From assembly GCF_006345805.1 (NCBI RefSeq), contig NC_043001.1, positions 74,276,001 to 74,340,000 on the forward strand: 64,000 nucleotides of DNA, written 5' to 3'. A program made the translations under genes and the position numbers. Positions 36,814-49,849 of the stretch are shown here, one piece after another. The notes beneath the pieces were generated by a model. That model was not told where the DNA came from and made no database searches. It saw only the letters and a list, made by a program, of their open reading frames with translations. Within the stretch, counting starts at the first letter, position 1; the number at the start of each line of letters is the position of its first letter. The stretch is from Octopus sinensis (taxonomy: Eukaryota).

Positions 36814-39264
36814 CTTTAATGAAACAATCCTTCCCGCGAAAATCAAATTAAATAAAATTTGATATATTTTGCGGAGGTGTAAAAATGGTAACAAAAACAG
36901 GACAGTAAAAGACAGGACGAGGAGAATAACAGTATCTCGTTTGGCTTAACAGTCCTTTTTGTTTGTGTTACTGTTATTCTCCTTGTCCTGTCTTTTACTG
37001 TTTATATTTTGTACTGTCGTTACTGTCCTGTGTGCATATATATATGTATGTATATGTGTGTATATATGTATATATATGTGCATATATATATGTATGTATA
37101 TGTGTGTATATATATGTGTGTATATATGTATATATATATGTGTGTATATATGTATATATGTGTGTATATATATGTGTATGGATATGTGTGTATATATATG
37201 TATATGTGTGTATATATATATATGTATATGTGTGTATATATATAAATATGTATGTATATGTCTGTGTATGTATATATGTATGTATGTGTGTGTGAATATA
37301 TATATGTATGTATATGTGTGTATATATATATATGTATGTATGTATATGTATGTATATGTGTGTATATATATGTATAATATGTGTGTATATATATATATAT
37401 GTACATATGTGTATATATGTACATATGTACACATATGCGTGTATGTGTGTATATGTGTATATATGTACATAACTGTATATATGTACATAGATGTATATAT
37501 GTACATAGATGTATTCATGTACATATATGTATACGTATATATGTAAATGTATACGTGTATGTGTTAACTTGTAGCTAAGCCCGGTTTCACCTGGTCTGTT
37601 TGGATGATGTGGCTGTAATCGTTTTCGGTTAGGTCTAATCCATAACAGCGTTTCTCAACCATATCATTTCGGGACCCCTGTTTCGTTTGGAGCCTCCAGC
37701 TGTATGAAAATTTCCTGATTCCCCACTCCCTTCTCAGAAAATAGCTTCAGGAGTTGTGAAGAACTTAGTCTGTTTCCGAGAACTATTTTATAGGATCTCT
37801 GTCTAATCATTAAAACATTGATTTAATTATGAACATAGAAAGAAATTATACATTAATCCCTATGTTTTTAAGCAGTTGTATTCGTAAAAATGTTATTTGT
37901 GGGAGCAGAAATTGGAAGAAGATATATGAAATGGACATGTGTGTAGTGTGTATGTGTGTGTGTATAGTGTGTGTGTGTGCGTGCTTGCGCGTGTGTATGT
38001 GAGAGAGAAAGAGGGTGAGAAAGAGAGATAGAGTGAGTGAGTGGAGGTGTGTGTCGTGATGACTGACGTCTTTTAAGGTATACACTCATACATAGAAAAT
38101 GTGAGGTCATCGTATGAAATTTTTTACGATAGTTGATTTATGGAAAACATTACGTTAAGTTTTTGAAATGCAAATATGTGAATGAAAATTAAGTTTCAGA
38201 CCTCTACATGGTAGCTAGACCTTGTAGAAATAGTAGCCAAATCTCCCTCAAAACACCCTACTATACTAATCCGACAATTCTGCTTATTATGTAGTTTTAA
38301 TGAGAAACTGTAACTAAAACTTAAGCTTATTAACCTCACATATAGGTGAAAGAAGGGAGACACCATAGTGAAAGTTTTGGCTGACTGTCATCTTGTACTC
38401 ACCTTGTTACTAGCGAAATGGTGTATGCCAGGTGCGTGAGCAACTGGTTGTTTTAATGGCGGAACAAACAGGGGAAATCAATTAGAAAAGTTTTAAACGA
38501 TTTTCTCGGTAAGTATGGGGGCTAGGAAAAAATACGAACTGCATTCCAATCTATGCACCCGTCTCCACATGTATGTCATTGTTTTGCACCATTTTATTCC
38601 TTTGGAATAATACCAGTGATATCTTCGAAACATGTGTCGGAAGTAAAAGAATTTGAATAACACATGCGTTTAACACCATTTATTTATTTATATATATTAA
38701 ACAAAATATTTCACGTAAACCCGACGTTTCTACCCATAAAAATAAGGAGTTACAACCTGTTTACTTCTGTTATTGTTTGCTACCCTGGTAACTATTTATC
38801 TATTTTTCCGTGTTAATTGTTAACAAGGGAAAAATTCACACATCTATTTATATATTTATATATGTATATATATTATTTATATATGTATACATATTTATGT
38901 ATATATATATATATATATATTTATTTGTTTATTTATATATATATATTATTTATTTATATATATATTTATTTATATATATATTTATATATATATATTATTT
39001 ATTATTTATTTATTTATTTATATATTTTTTATTTTATTTATTTATTTATAATATATTTATATTTATTTATATATTTATTTATTTATATATTTATATATAT
39101 TTATTCATATATTTATATATATTTATATATTTATATATTTATTTATTTATATATTTATATATATTTATTCATATATTTATAATATTTATTTATATATTTA
39201 TATACATTTATATTATATTTATATATACATATATGCATTTATACATACATATATATATGTATAT

Positions 39265-39298
<34 letters not shown>

Positions 39299-39403
39299 CT
39301 TATTTATTTATTTATATATATACATTTATTTATATAAAATTTTTTTGCGTAATAAGATAAAAAACCAAGGCTGTATAGATCTTAGAGCATTTATAGATAG
39401 AAG

Positions 39404-39455
39404 ATCTTACAGCTGTTTCTAGGTTATTAATTACTAATATTCCTTCATCGGAGAC
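39404..39455 (-). ncRNA. Minimal type I hammerhead-like motif with palindromic stem III
   Basis: GUCU-CCGAUGA-AGG...CCU-A-GAA-ACAGCUGU-A^AGAU. Stem I GUCU/AGAU, palindrome ACAGCUGU, GUA site; U4C variant and one extra A before GAAA. Confidence 0.55.
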
Positions 39456-39559
39456 GGCATGAGAGGAAAATTAAGTCATAATTAGTTTAGATGTGATACA
39501 ATATATATATATATATATATATTTCTATTTCTTATTTTTTCTGTAGTTTCCTCTCAGAG

Positions 39560-40803
39560 CTGCGGTCCTGCTGATGCCCCGCTGTTTTGCTACAATGTTA
39601 TTACTGAGAGCCTCCTCCAATATGTGGCACTTGGTGAGGAATGGAGTTTGATGTAGCTACCCTCATTTGCACCTATTGACGGGATGTAGATTCATCTGAG
39701 ACTCTCGACAGAAGAGGTCGAACCTTGATTTAAAAACGCCTACATTTACTTTGTGCTGCTTCCCCAGGCTGTTTGGGAGAATATTAAAAAGCTGTGGGCC
39801 CCTGAAACCCAGGCTGTTGCAGTAACTGGTCCTGAAGCGCGATCGCGTTGCTGGGATCTTTGTCACTATCTTTGTCACAGCATCGTCCCGTTCTGGCATT
39901 GGTGTAACTTTCAGCGCCAAAATTTGGCACAGTTCCTTCCAGGATCTTCCTGATATATATTACTGCATACCTCTCCCATTTTATTTCCACTGTGTAGAGT
40001 CTTAGCTGTTTCAGCCTTTCTCAGTTGCCGAGGAGTTGCAAAGACACGATCTTCGTGAATCTTCTCTGAATTGCTTCAAGGTCCGCTGTTAATTTCTCAC
40101 TGGTGGGGGACCATAGCTGTGAACAGTAAGCCAGGTGGCTGAGGACAAATGTCCTCCAGAGGAATATCATGGTTTCCTTATCTCTGGTTCTGAATGTTCT
40201 CAGGATCTATCCAGCCAGTCGTCTGCTCTTTGTTGCCATCCTGGTTATGTGCACTTGGAAAGAGGTGTCATCACTCATGTCGATACTCAGGTCCCTCACT
40301 GATTTAGGCTCTGGAATTGAAATTCCCTGTGGGCCAGTGTACCCTGTAAGTTTCACATTCAGTTTTGGACGCTGGTAGAGCATTAAACTGCATATTATTA
40401 TATTATTCTGTAAATTGAGTCCAACTCCTGCTGCAGGTATGCAACATTGTTGGGGTTCTGTATTTTCTGCGAGATTTTCGTATCATCTGCGTAGCTTGCA
40501 AGGGTGGCTATCCGGGCACTTGAGGGCATAGCTGAGAGGGCCACTATAAAAAGCAGTGGTCCCAAGACAGTGCCCTGTGGAACACCGCTCACTATTTGTG
40601 TTTTCATAGAGGTGGCTACGTTAGCCACTACTGCCTGACTTCTATCTTTCAGAAAGTCATGTAACAACTCTCCAAGTTTTGCAGCTATGCCGAGATCACG
40701 CAGTTTGTGGCATATCCTACCGTGATCCACCTTGTCAAAAGCTTTTGCAAAATCAAGGTATATTACGTTCACATTTGGAAAATCAAGGTATATTACGTCC
40801 ACA
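39560..40803 (-). mobile_element. CR1-like LINE, 5'-truncated, pseudogenised
   Basis: VIYLDFAKAFDKVDH...SGVPQGTVLGPLLFIV...SYADDTKISQKI...LQQELDSIY, then WERYAVIYIRKILEGTVPNFG and GFRGPQLFNILP...FKSRFDLF. Confidence 0.85.
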
Positions 40804-40829
40804 AATATATATATACATATATTTATATA

Positions 40830-41420
40830 TTGTTGTATTTGGAGATGGTCATGTTGCCAGTTTAGTCAATAAAACACACGCACTATATATTTGTTGTTAA
40901 TTTGCTTCAGCTTTATTTTATTTTTTGCATTAATCATATTTCGACCAGAGTTCTTTCGTCACACTTCTGTGACCTCATCAGTCGTTCTTTGCTTTCTCGT
41001 TTCTTATTTGTGTGTCTTTCCTTACTACTGATCAGCCATTCCTATTGTTTGTGTCCTTATTTGCGCATGCATATACCTCTGTGTGTCTGTTTAGTGCGCG
41101 CGTGTGTGGGTGTGGGTGCCTGTATTATCTGTATCTTCTGTATATACACGTTCGTTTAATTTGTTTTTAATTATTTTGTTCATGTGTTTATACCTACTTA
41201 TTTTTTAAAATTCTTTCTTTTTTGTATTTAATTTAATTTTGTTAACGTATATAGTTATTTAATTCCATTTGTTTATATGTATTGTATTATTCATATTGTT
41301 ATCAGTTTATGGGGATCTTATTCTGTCATATTTTATGGTGTTTTGGGGATGTGTGCTAGTGTTCCATTCCAGTTTATCTTCTATTATGTGTGTAGCTTCT
41401 GTAATTTGTCTAAGCGTGGA
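40830..41420 (-). mobile_element. Possible Penelope-like element 3' remnant
   Basis: LRQITEATHIIEDKLEWN (41350-41420) resembles the C-terminus after PLE GIY-YIG domains; a hammerhead core lies downstream at 40941-40986. Confidence 0.4.
40941..40986 (-). ncRNA. Hammerhead core with perfect stem II, imperfect stems I/III
   Basis: CUGAUGA-G-GUCACA-GAAG-UGUGAC-GAAA-GAACUCUGGUC. Confidence 0.5.
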
Positions 41421-42343
41421 CAAGATTTCAACTTCTATGTGTGGACAAGATTTTAACTTCTACGTGTGCCCTGTGTTTCTGCTCGACGTGCTGGTATAGA
41501 ACCGATGAGTTCTTATACGTATGCATATATATGTGCATATGTATATACGTATGTATATCTGTATATGTATATACGCATGTATATGTGTATATGTATGTAT
41601 ATGTGTATAAGTGTATGCATATATATGTATGTATATATGTGTATATATATATATCGGAGTAAATGCGCTAGGTAGTGTTTACGTATAATCACAATTTTAA
41701 GTTCGTTGAAATATTTTTGTCCCACATTTCGCCTGCTAAAAGCAAATACACTGCAGTTTGTGGGGAAAATAATCTTCCTTGTTGTAAAGAGGCGTGAAAA
41801 CACCCCGTTCATTCAGTGTTGCCCTGTCTCGGGAATCTGAGAAACTGACAAAGCTTGTAGCATTATATATATTTCAGCCAGCTCATTGACTGATTTGCAT
41901 TAGTAGGTCGCCCGATCGAGAAAAATATCAGAGTAAATGCGTTAAGCAGTGTTTACATACAATCACGACTTAGGTTAGTTTAAAAACGTTTGTCGCATAT
42001 TTCAACTGCTAAAGGCAAATACACTGCGGTTACCGTGGAAAAAAAGATTCTCTCTTACGGTAAAACGGTGTGAAAACAACCCGTTCGACCATGAGTTCGG
42101 TGCATCTTAGTACTCTAATTTTTAATTACTGTAATACAACGTCCCTCTTCAAATATCGCTTAACGAAATACATTCATAATAACCTACTTTGAATCACTTG
42201 CCTGTAGGTGGGTGAAGTTGAATTAGGAAGAGTACTTGCTTTTGGATTAGTGATGTTCCATAATTGCCCGGGTTGGAGACCCTCCTGTGTTAGGAGAATT
42301 GCCTCATTCGTTTGCATTTTATATATACTTTTTACTCAGCGGC

Positions 42344-42397
<54 letters not shown>

Positions 42398-43009
42398 ATA
42401 TATATATAATATTTTGGACTGATGGGTATACGTCGATTTGTGTGTTGATATGTTGAGTAAAGCACTGGCACGGTTTGGGATACCTGGTGTCATCCGCAGT
42501 TGGGGTATATTTCCGTTGGATCTACTTCAGGAATTCCGCAGTGTTAGTTGAAATAATATAATTGATTAATTAAACAGAAGATGGATTTGACAGTAGTCTA
42601 TATTTTGTGTGATGATCGTCTCGACCCATCCTGCTATTGTTCCTTATGGGTGGGATTCAATGCATCATGTGTTGCATCCATTTTGCAGTCTGGGTCACAT
42701 GAGGTACATTCATACATAAAGTGGTGTGTCGCTGAAGATCTTGAATTTGGGCGATCGTGCTGTTATTTGTCCGTTCGAGTTAGGGAATGAAGCATTGCTA
42801 CAATTGTCATTGTTATTGAATGTCCATAACGAAGATAGTAAATAATTGTAACTATAAACATATACTCCGTAGATAAGAAAAAGAGAACCCCCCCCCCAAA
42901 AAAAAACTTATATAAATATATATATATATATATAAATATAAAAGGAGCAAAAATACTGGAGATTCAGTATATATATATATAAAAGCTGGCTTGGTAATGT
43001 TCACTTCAT

Positions 43010-44583
43010 TCGATATCCCTATACGTTCTGAGCTCAAAACCCACTGAGGTGAACTTTACTTTTCATCCTTTTGGTATCGATAAATTACCAGTCAAGTACC
43101 GGCGTAGATGTAATCGACTTTTCCCCACACCTCGAAACTGTTGACTCTGTACCAAAATCGGATAATTCTTCTTCTTCTTCTTCTTCTTCTTCTTCTTCTT
43201 CTTCTTCTTCTTCTTCTTCTTCTTCTTCTTCTTCTTCTTCTTCTTCTTCTTCTTCTTCTTCTTCTTCTTGTTAAGGGCAGCGAGCTGGCGGAATCGTTAG
43301 CACACCGGGCAAATGCTTAGTAGTATTTCGTCCGTCTTTAAATTCTGAGTTCAAACTCCGTCAAGGTTGAGTTTGACTTTCATCATTTCGGGGTCAATTA
43401 AAATAAGTACCGTTTGAGCACTGGAGCCGATGTAATCTACTTTACTTCTCTCATGAAGTTGCTGGCCTTGTTTTATTATTATTGTTATTGTCGATGTTCT
43501 TTTGTACTTCCTGCTTTATATTCGTAGAGGTCAGCCCAAAAGTGGGCCTGAGACACTGTAGGTAAGATGTCACTCAACTACCGTATCCCGAGCAACATCA
43601 GTATTTATGTGGTCTAGAAAATCGTAAGACTAGGAACAGCTCACAAACTGCGGAGAATGCTATCAATCAAGTGGCATCTTAATAATAATAATAATAATTT
43701 CTACTAAAGGCACAAGGCCTGAAATTTTGGGTGAGGGGACTAGTCAGTGTTTTACTGATACTTAATTTGTCTATCCCGAAAGGAGAAAAGGCAAAGTCCA
43801 CCTCGGTGAAATACCGCTAAGCATTTCATCCTCCGTGCTAACGATTCTCTCAGCATGCCGCCCTCTTAATAATTATAATAACGGTTTCAAATTATGCCAC
43901 AAGGGCAGCAATTTTGGAAGAGGGGATGAGTCGATCACACTGACCCCAGTGTTCAACTGGTACATATTTCATCGACCCCGAAAGACTGAAAAGCAAAGTC
44001 GACGGCAGCGGAATTTGAACTCAGAACTTAAAAACTATGAAATGCTGCTAAGCATTTTGCTCGGCACGGTAATGATTTGGTCAACTCTCCGCCCATTTAA
44101 TTATATTCATAATAATCCTTTCTATTATAAGTACAAAGCCTGGAACTTTGCGGGAGAGGGCAATAATAATAATAATAATAATAATAACAATAATAACCCT
44201 TTCTACTCAAGGCATAAGACCTGAAATTTGGTGGGGAGGGAACTAGTCGATTACATCAACACCAGTGTTTCACAGGTACTTAGTTTATCGACCCTGAAAG
44301 TTTGAAAGGCAAAGTCAAACTCGGCTGAATTTGAATTCAGAACGTAGCGACGAGTGAAGTACCACTAAGCATTTCGTCCAGCGTGGTAACGATTCTGCCA
44401 GCTCATCGACTTAATAATAATAATAATAATAATTATTATTATTATTATTATTATCCTCTCTACTATAGGCACAAGTGAGGGGACTTTAAGAGTCGATAAA
44501 AATAATTACCGGTTAAGTATATGGATCGATGTAACCGACTTCCTTTCTCCCACTAAAAATTGCAGGTCTTGTCAAAATTTAAA

Positions 44584-44585
<2 letters not shown>
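43010..44585. mobile_element. Second SINE A cluster (about 7 copies, plus then minus) with (CTT)n at 43147-43270 and AAT/ATT spacers
   Basis: Repeated SINE A consensus segments; the orientation switches near 43680 and 44430, where the spacer switches between (ATT)n and (AAT)n. Confidence 0.8.
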
Positions 44586-44617
<32 letters not shown>

Positions 44618-45125
44618 AACTTAATATCATTTACCATAATTTATTATTAATATTCATTATTTGTATCATTTATTTATGTTCATGTTGTGTTTGTCTTAAT
44701 CTAGTTTAAGATTAACAAAAACCTTGATCCGAGATGACAGTCATCCGACAGTTTTGATTTTCTAATCCCAATGTCGATGATTGTGAAATTTGATACATTA
44801 AACATGCATGTATTTATTCTACATCATAATCTATACAGAAAGCCTGCTATAAAACAGGTTACAATAATACGTTTACTATTATAATTATTAGTTTATTAGT
44901 TATGGTTCAATGGATTAGAAAAATTGGTAGATCAGTGGATTAAATGTCTTACAGTATTTAGCTGTAACTTTCTATTCGTGAGTTCATATTCTGCTCAATT
45001 CATCTTCACCATTCCTCGTTCCAAGGTCAATAGCTCTAAATATCAGCAACGTCTTGATATGGGGTCAATTGTCAATCGTCTTCCCTTACACATTTATGAC
45101 CTTATGTGTCGAAATTATTTATGTA

Positions 45126-46409
45126 TTGGGTTGGCAACTAAGTTCCCACCGATTTTTAAAATTTAAAATTTTTAAAAGGTTTAATAAAAAATAACTACTT
45201 ATTAATCATTAATGTATTCACCCTTCTTCCCAACGTTCAGCAAGATTTTCAATACCTCCTTGGTAGAAATCATCCGATTTCGACTCGAAAAATTGATCCA
45301 ACCAAGCTCTCAATTCTGTGTCAGTATTGAACGAAACTCTGCGCATAGCATTTGAAAGAGATCGAAAGAGGTGGAAATCCGTTGATGCCAAACCAGGAGA
45401 GTACGACGGGTGTGGCAGCACTTCCTACCCATGCGTTTGAATGGTTTCCTTGGTCATATTGGCGATATGAGGGCGGGCGTTGTCGTGCAGCAGAAGAACC
45501 CCATGCTGCCGATTAGGTTTTTTCTCTTGAATAGCCGTGTTGAGTCGTTCTATTTGTTGAACATAGAGTTCCGCGTTGACCGTTTGGTTCCGTTCAAGCA
45601 ATTCGTAATGGATAATCCCTTCCCAGTCCCACCGTACGCACAACATCGTTTTACGCGGATAAAGATCTTGTTTCACGTGCGGTGTCGCTTGTTTACCGGG
45701 GCTAAGCCATTCCTTACGCTGCTTCATATTGATGTACAGGCACCATTTTTCGTCGCCAGTAACGATTCGGTAAAGAAATCGTTGCTTGTGTCCATGAGTT
45801 GAGCGGTGACGAGCAGGCAAACCAGCGGAGATGTGGTTCGTTGATTTTTGTTGTTGTCACTTAAAGCATGTGGAACCCATGCTCCATACTTCTGAACCTT
45901 TCCCATCGAGTGAAGATGCTTCTCTGTAGCAGTGTAGGAGCATTCCATTTTCTCTGCCAGTTACATTGTTGTTTGAGAAGAATTTTCGTGCAAAAATTAG
46001 TTTAATCGCTCTTGATCGAACTCAACTGGACGGTCAAAACGAGGTGCGGCTTTGAGGTCAAAATTTCCATTTTTGAACTTGGCATACCAATCACGAGCGG
46101 TTCTTTCAGCTATGGCACCCTCTCCATACACAGCACAAATGTCGCGAGCAGTTTTTGCGGCCTTAGAACCTTGATTAAAAGCAAATAGAGTGGGGTGTCG
46201 AAAATGCTCGTTTTTCTTAACTTACCATTCCGTTTTAATGATCTGAAAATAAACAAAAAATAACTAAAAGAAAAAAAACAAAACAGAATAGATTCCAAAA
46301 TGATTCAAAAACGGAATTGTCGAAAAAAATAGATTCCAAAATTTAAAAACGCAATAAATTCCAAAATTAAAAAAAAAAAAAAACGGCGGGAACTTAGTTG
46401 CCAACCCAA
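45126..46409 (-). mobile_element. Full-length mariner (DD34D) DNA transposon, transposase pseudogenised
   Basis: 26-bp TIRs ttgggttggcaactaagttccc(a/g)ccg with TA on both flanks. Transposase motifs WVPHAL, IVTGDEKW, LLHDNARPH, HPSYSPGLASTDFHLF; stops and frameshifts present; ~1.28 kb. Confidence 0.95.
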
Positions 46410-47915
46410 TATTAAAGTAAAAAATGAAGAAGCAAAGCGTTTGACATCACTCAAAAAAGACACTTGAGATAGAGAATATAAACATATAGTCTTTTACAGC
46501 CGTTTTTAGAATAACCAAGTGTGTAGATTATGATATTGAGTAAGGATTCCATAAGCTGAGTATACCATCATCAAAGAGAGAAGTGAGAGATGTAAAACTG
46601 CAGAAATATTCCCCGTCGAGGATATTAGTATATTCCAGTTTATCAGAAACGAGAGAAGGATCAATGTAAGATAAGTATGCGTTAATATTTGAGGGTATCT
46701 ATCCAAATCCGATCACATAATCCCACACAATTATTAAAACAAGCAACACGAAACCTTGAAGATGTGTCCGGACATTTCTTAAGTGATTCAAGTTTTATCA
46801 CAGGTCTAATTGCAGTAAAACAATTACTTCAGGTTGTCACTAATATATAGTTTAAACATTATATGAGCCCACTTAATTTAGTATATCTGCGGTATCATCA
46901 CATCGTTTTTATCCTTTATTTTATAGATCCTCATTCTTTCTATTAATTCATATTCAACGCGTCCTTCCTAGATTGTAATCAATGGAATATCCTCACAGTT
47001 ACAACATTCACGTAATGAACAAAACACCACTAGGCCTTTTCTTCTCATTGTTTAGAGTTATACACTAAGTAATAAAATACATTTAGTTAATTTAAGCTTA
47101 TATTGTCCATTAGCACTATATTTCTTTCATCCCTGGGCCCTGTAATTTCACTACACTTAAACTTATTAAATAAATGTCTTTCATTTATTTTTAATTTGTC
47201 ATCTTTAAATCTTTATTTTTATCCTTCGATTCCCAACGAGCATACACTTTCATTAAATTCCAAATCTTTAGATTTTGATTAATATTATGGACATCTGTTT
47301 CTAGCACCATAACAACCAGACGAGACCTAAGTTTCCCCTCACTTCTAGTAGTAGCATGCTCACTATAGCTTCAACTTTTCATTATCTTTTACAATCATTT
47401 TATTACCATCATAACCCCTCCCTCCCACTCCTGCCACCCTAGAACACTGGCCTGCGCCGGTGGTCGACTAAAAGATGACAGTGTCTGACATCTGCTATTC
47501 TTCATCCCTTTACCTATCTGTTTATGAATATGCACCTCCTAACCTCTTTAGACAAGCATACCCCCTCTATAAAGACTAGTATATATCTACTGCCTCTGTC
47601 TTTCCTCTACACTGTCGTAAAATATTCCTATTCAACTCTCATTCATTCTCTATTCAAAACTGGAATTGGTAACTTGCCATGGATTATCATCGATCATTTT
47701 CATTTGAAACTGCTAGTGGACCCTACCTATAATTGTATTATTTATTCGATTATGGAACTGATTAGCGCATATCTTACTTTGGTCTTTCTCTAATTTCTGA
47801 TAAACTGGAATATACTAATATCCTCGACTGGGGATATTTCTGCATTTTCACATCTCTCTGACTTCTCCCTCTCTGATCCACAAGCTTGGCTATTCTAGAA
47901 ACAACTGTTAGAGAC

Positions 47916-47952
<37 letters not shown>

Positions 47953-49014
47953 TCTATTCAAACTAAATGTCCTCTTCTTCATTTCTTACTTTGATATGTA
48001 TCTACCCGCTCAAGGAGAAACCGCTTCTAGCGCCTCTGATAAGAAACCTCAACATCACACATTCATTTGCTGGAATTTTAGTAGCAAACCAAACTAAGCA
48101 CTGAGTACATACCTATCACATTACGTCAGTTGACGAAAACTTTTTGTTTGTTTGTTTGCTTGTTTGTTTGTATGTATGTATGTATGTATGTATGTATGTA
48201 TGTATGTATGTATGTATGTATATGTGTGTGTGTGTGCGCACACACACATACACAATCCTTATTGGTTGTAACCAGTAAAGTGTTTTGGTGCATTTAGGTA
48301 TTTTAACGTTTGATTTTGCGCTTTATCTTTCGCAAGTTCAATAAATTTAGTACCAGTCAATTACTGGGGTCAATTTGGTTGACTTTCCCCTCTTCCAACA
48401 TCTATAGTAGAACACGCCTCAACAGGAGTGAACACTATATACTCATTATACAGGACATATACATATAGGATAAGATTAATACATTCCAGTACTTGTACAC
48501 AACTCTACGTATTCTAGAGCAGCGGTGTCTATCCTCTTTATTTGAACCACAGACAAGACAGTTTTCCCACTGACATGGGGATGACGAAAATAATAAAACA
48601 CACATACGTATATAATACAAATGTAATTGTTACATTATATGTTATGCCATTTATTTCTTGTAATATATATATAATATATTGAGGTAAAGAAACAAACGAT
48701 TACACCAACTACATGAAGACGACCTTACCAACTGTCTAACTTACCTAGCACCACACCAATGACCGGGTAAAGTATAGGTATTTTTTGTCGTATATTATAA
48801 TGTTGTACAGAGTAATGCATGCTTTGGACGATGTCCTTAACCTATTGCACTACGTCAATATAAATAATGAAACAAATAAAAAAACCTCTATGACGGAATA
48901 AAGTTTCTCTCTCTCTCCCTTTCTCTTTCTCTCTCCATTTCTCTCTCTCTCCCTTTCTCTCCCTCTCTCCCCCTCTCCCTTTCTCTCTCTCTATACATAT
49001 ATACAACATATATA

Positions 49015-49089
<75 letters not shown>

Positions 49090-49092
<3 letters not shown>

Positions 49093-49276
49093 TTTACTCG
49101 TTTCAGCCATTTGAACGGGCCATGCTGGAGCACCGCCTTTTAGTCGAATAAATCGACCCCCAAGACTTATTCTTTGTAAGCCTGGTACTTATCCTATCGG
49201 TCTCTTTTACCGAACCGCTAAGTACGGGGGCGTAAACACCAACATCGGTTGTCACGCAATTGTGAGGGGACAAACA

Positions 49277-49355
<79 letters not shown>

Positions 49356-49528
49356 TATATACATATACGACGGGCTTCTTTCAGTTTATATCTACCAAAT
49401 CCACTCACAAGGCTTTGGTCGGACCGAGGCTATAGTAATAGAAACTTGCCCAAGGTTCCACACAGTGGGTCTGAATCCGGAAACTTGGTCGGGGAAGCAA
49501 GCTTCTTGTCACACACAGCCACTTCTGC
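49090..49528 (-). mobile_element. SINE C, full length
   Basis: Reverse complement of the 28017 copy, with an expanded internal (CA)n(TA)n. Confidence 0.85.
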
Positions 49529-49529
49529 G

Positions 49530-49749
49530 CCTTTTCCAGTAGCTGAACTGTTGCAATGAGACGAGCTTCTTTGTGAATCTTCGATGAACTGCTTCAAGGT
49601 CCGCTGTTAATTTTACACTATCGAGTGACCATATCTGGGAGCAGTAATCCAGGCGGCTGAGGGCGAATTTCCTCCAGTGGACCATAATGGTTTTCTTCTC
49701 CCTGATTCTGAAGGTTTTCAGAATCCAGCCAGCCGTCTGCAGTTTGTCA
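49530..49749 (-). mobile_element. CR1-like LINE fragment (same family as 39560-40803), cut by the gap
   Basis: AGWILKTFRIREKKTIMVHWRKFALSRLDYCSQIWS...LEAVHRRFTKKL; shares gcttcaaggtccgctgttaat with 40070-40095. Confidence 0.8.
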
Positions 49750-49849
49750 NNNNNNNNNNNNNNNNNNNNNNNNNNNNNNNNNNNNNNNNNNNNNNNNNNN
49801 NNNNNNNNNNNNNNNNNNNNNNNNNNNNNNNNNNNNNNNNNNNNNNNNN
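49750..49849. other. Assembly gap (100 N)
   Basis: Run of N. Confidence 1.

Larger units (their letters stand above)
35684..37030 (-). mobile_element. Non-coding ~811-nt unit present as a 1.5-mer direct repeat with an inverted terminal segment (retrozyme/Penelope-like)
   Basis: 35684-36150 is repeated at 36497-36934 with few differences; 36935-37030 is the reverse complement of 36088-36183; no meaningful ORF. Confidence 0.8.

Noticed and set aside
42490-42535. CUGAAGUAGAUCC...GGAAAU on the minus strand
   Set aside because: Core altered and stem II incomplete; at best a heavily decayed PLE relic.
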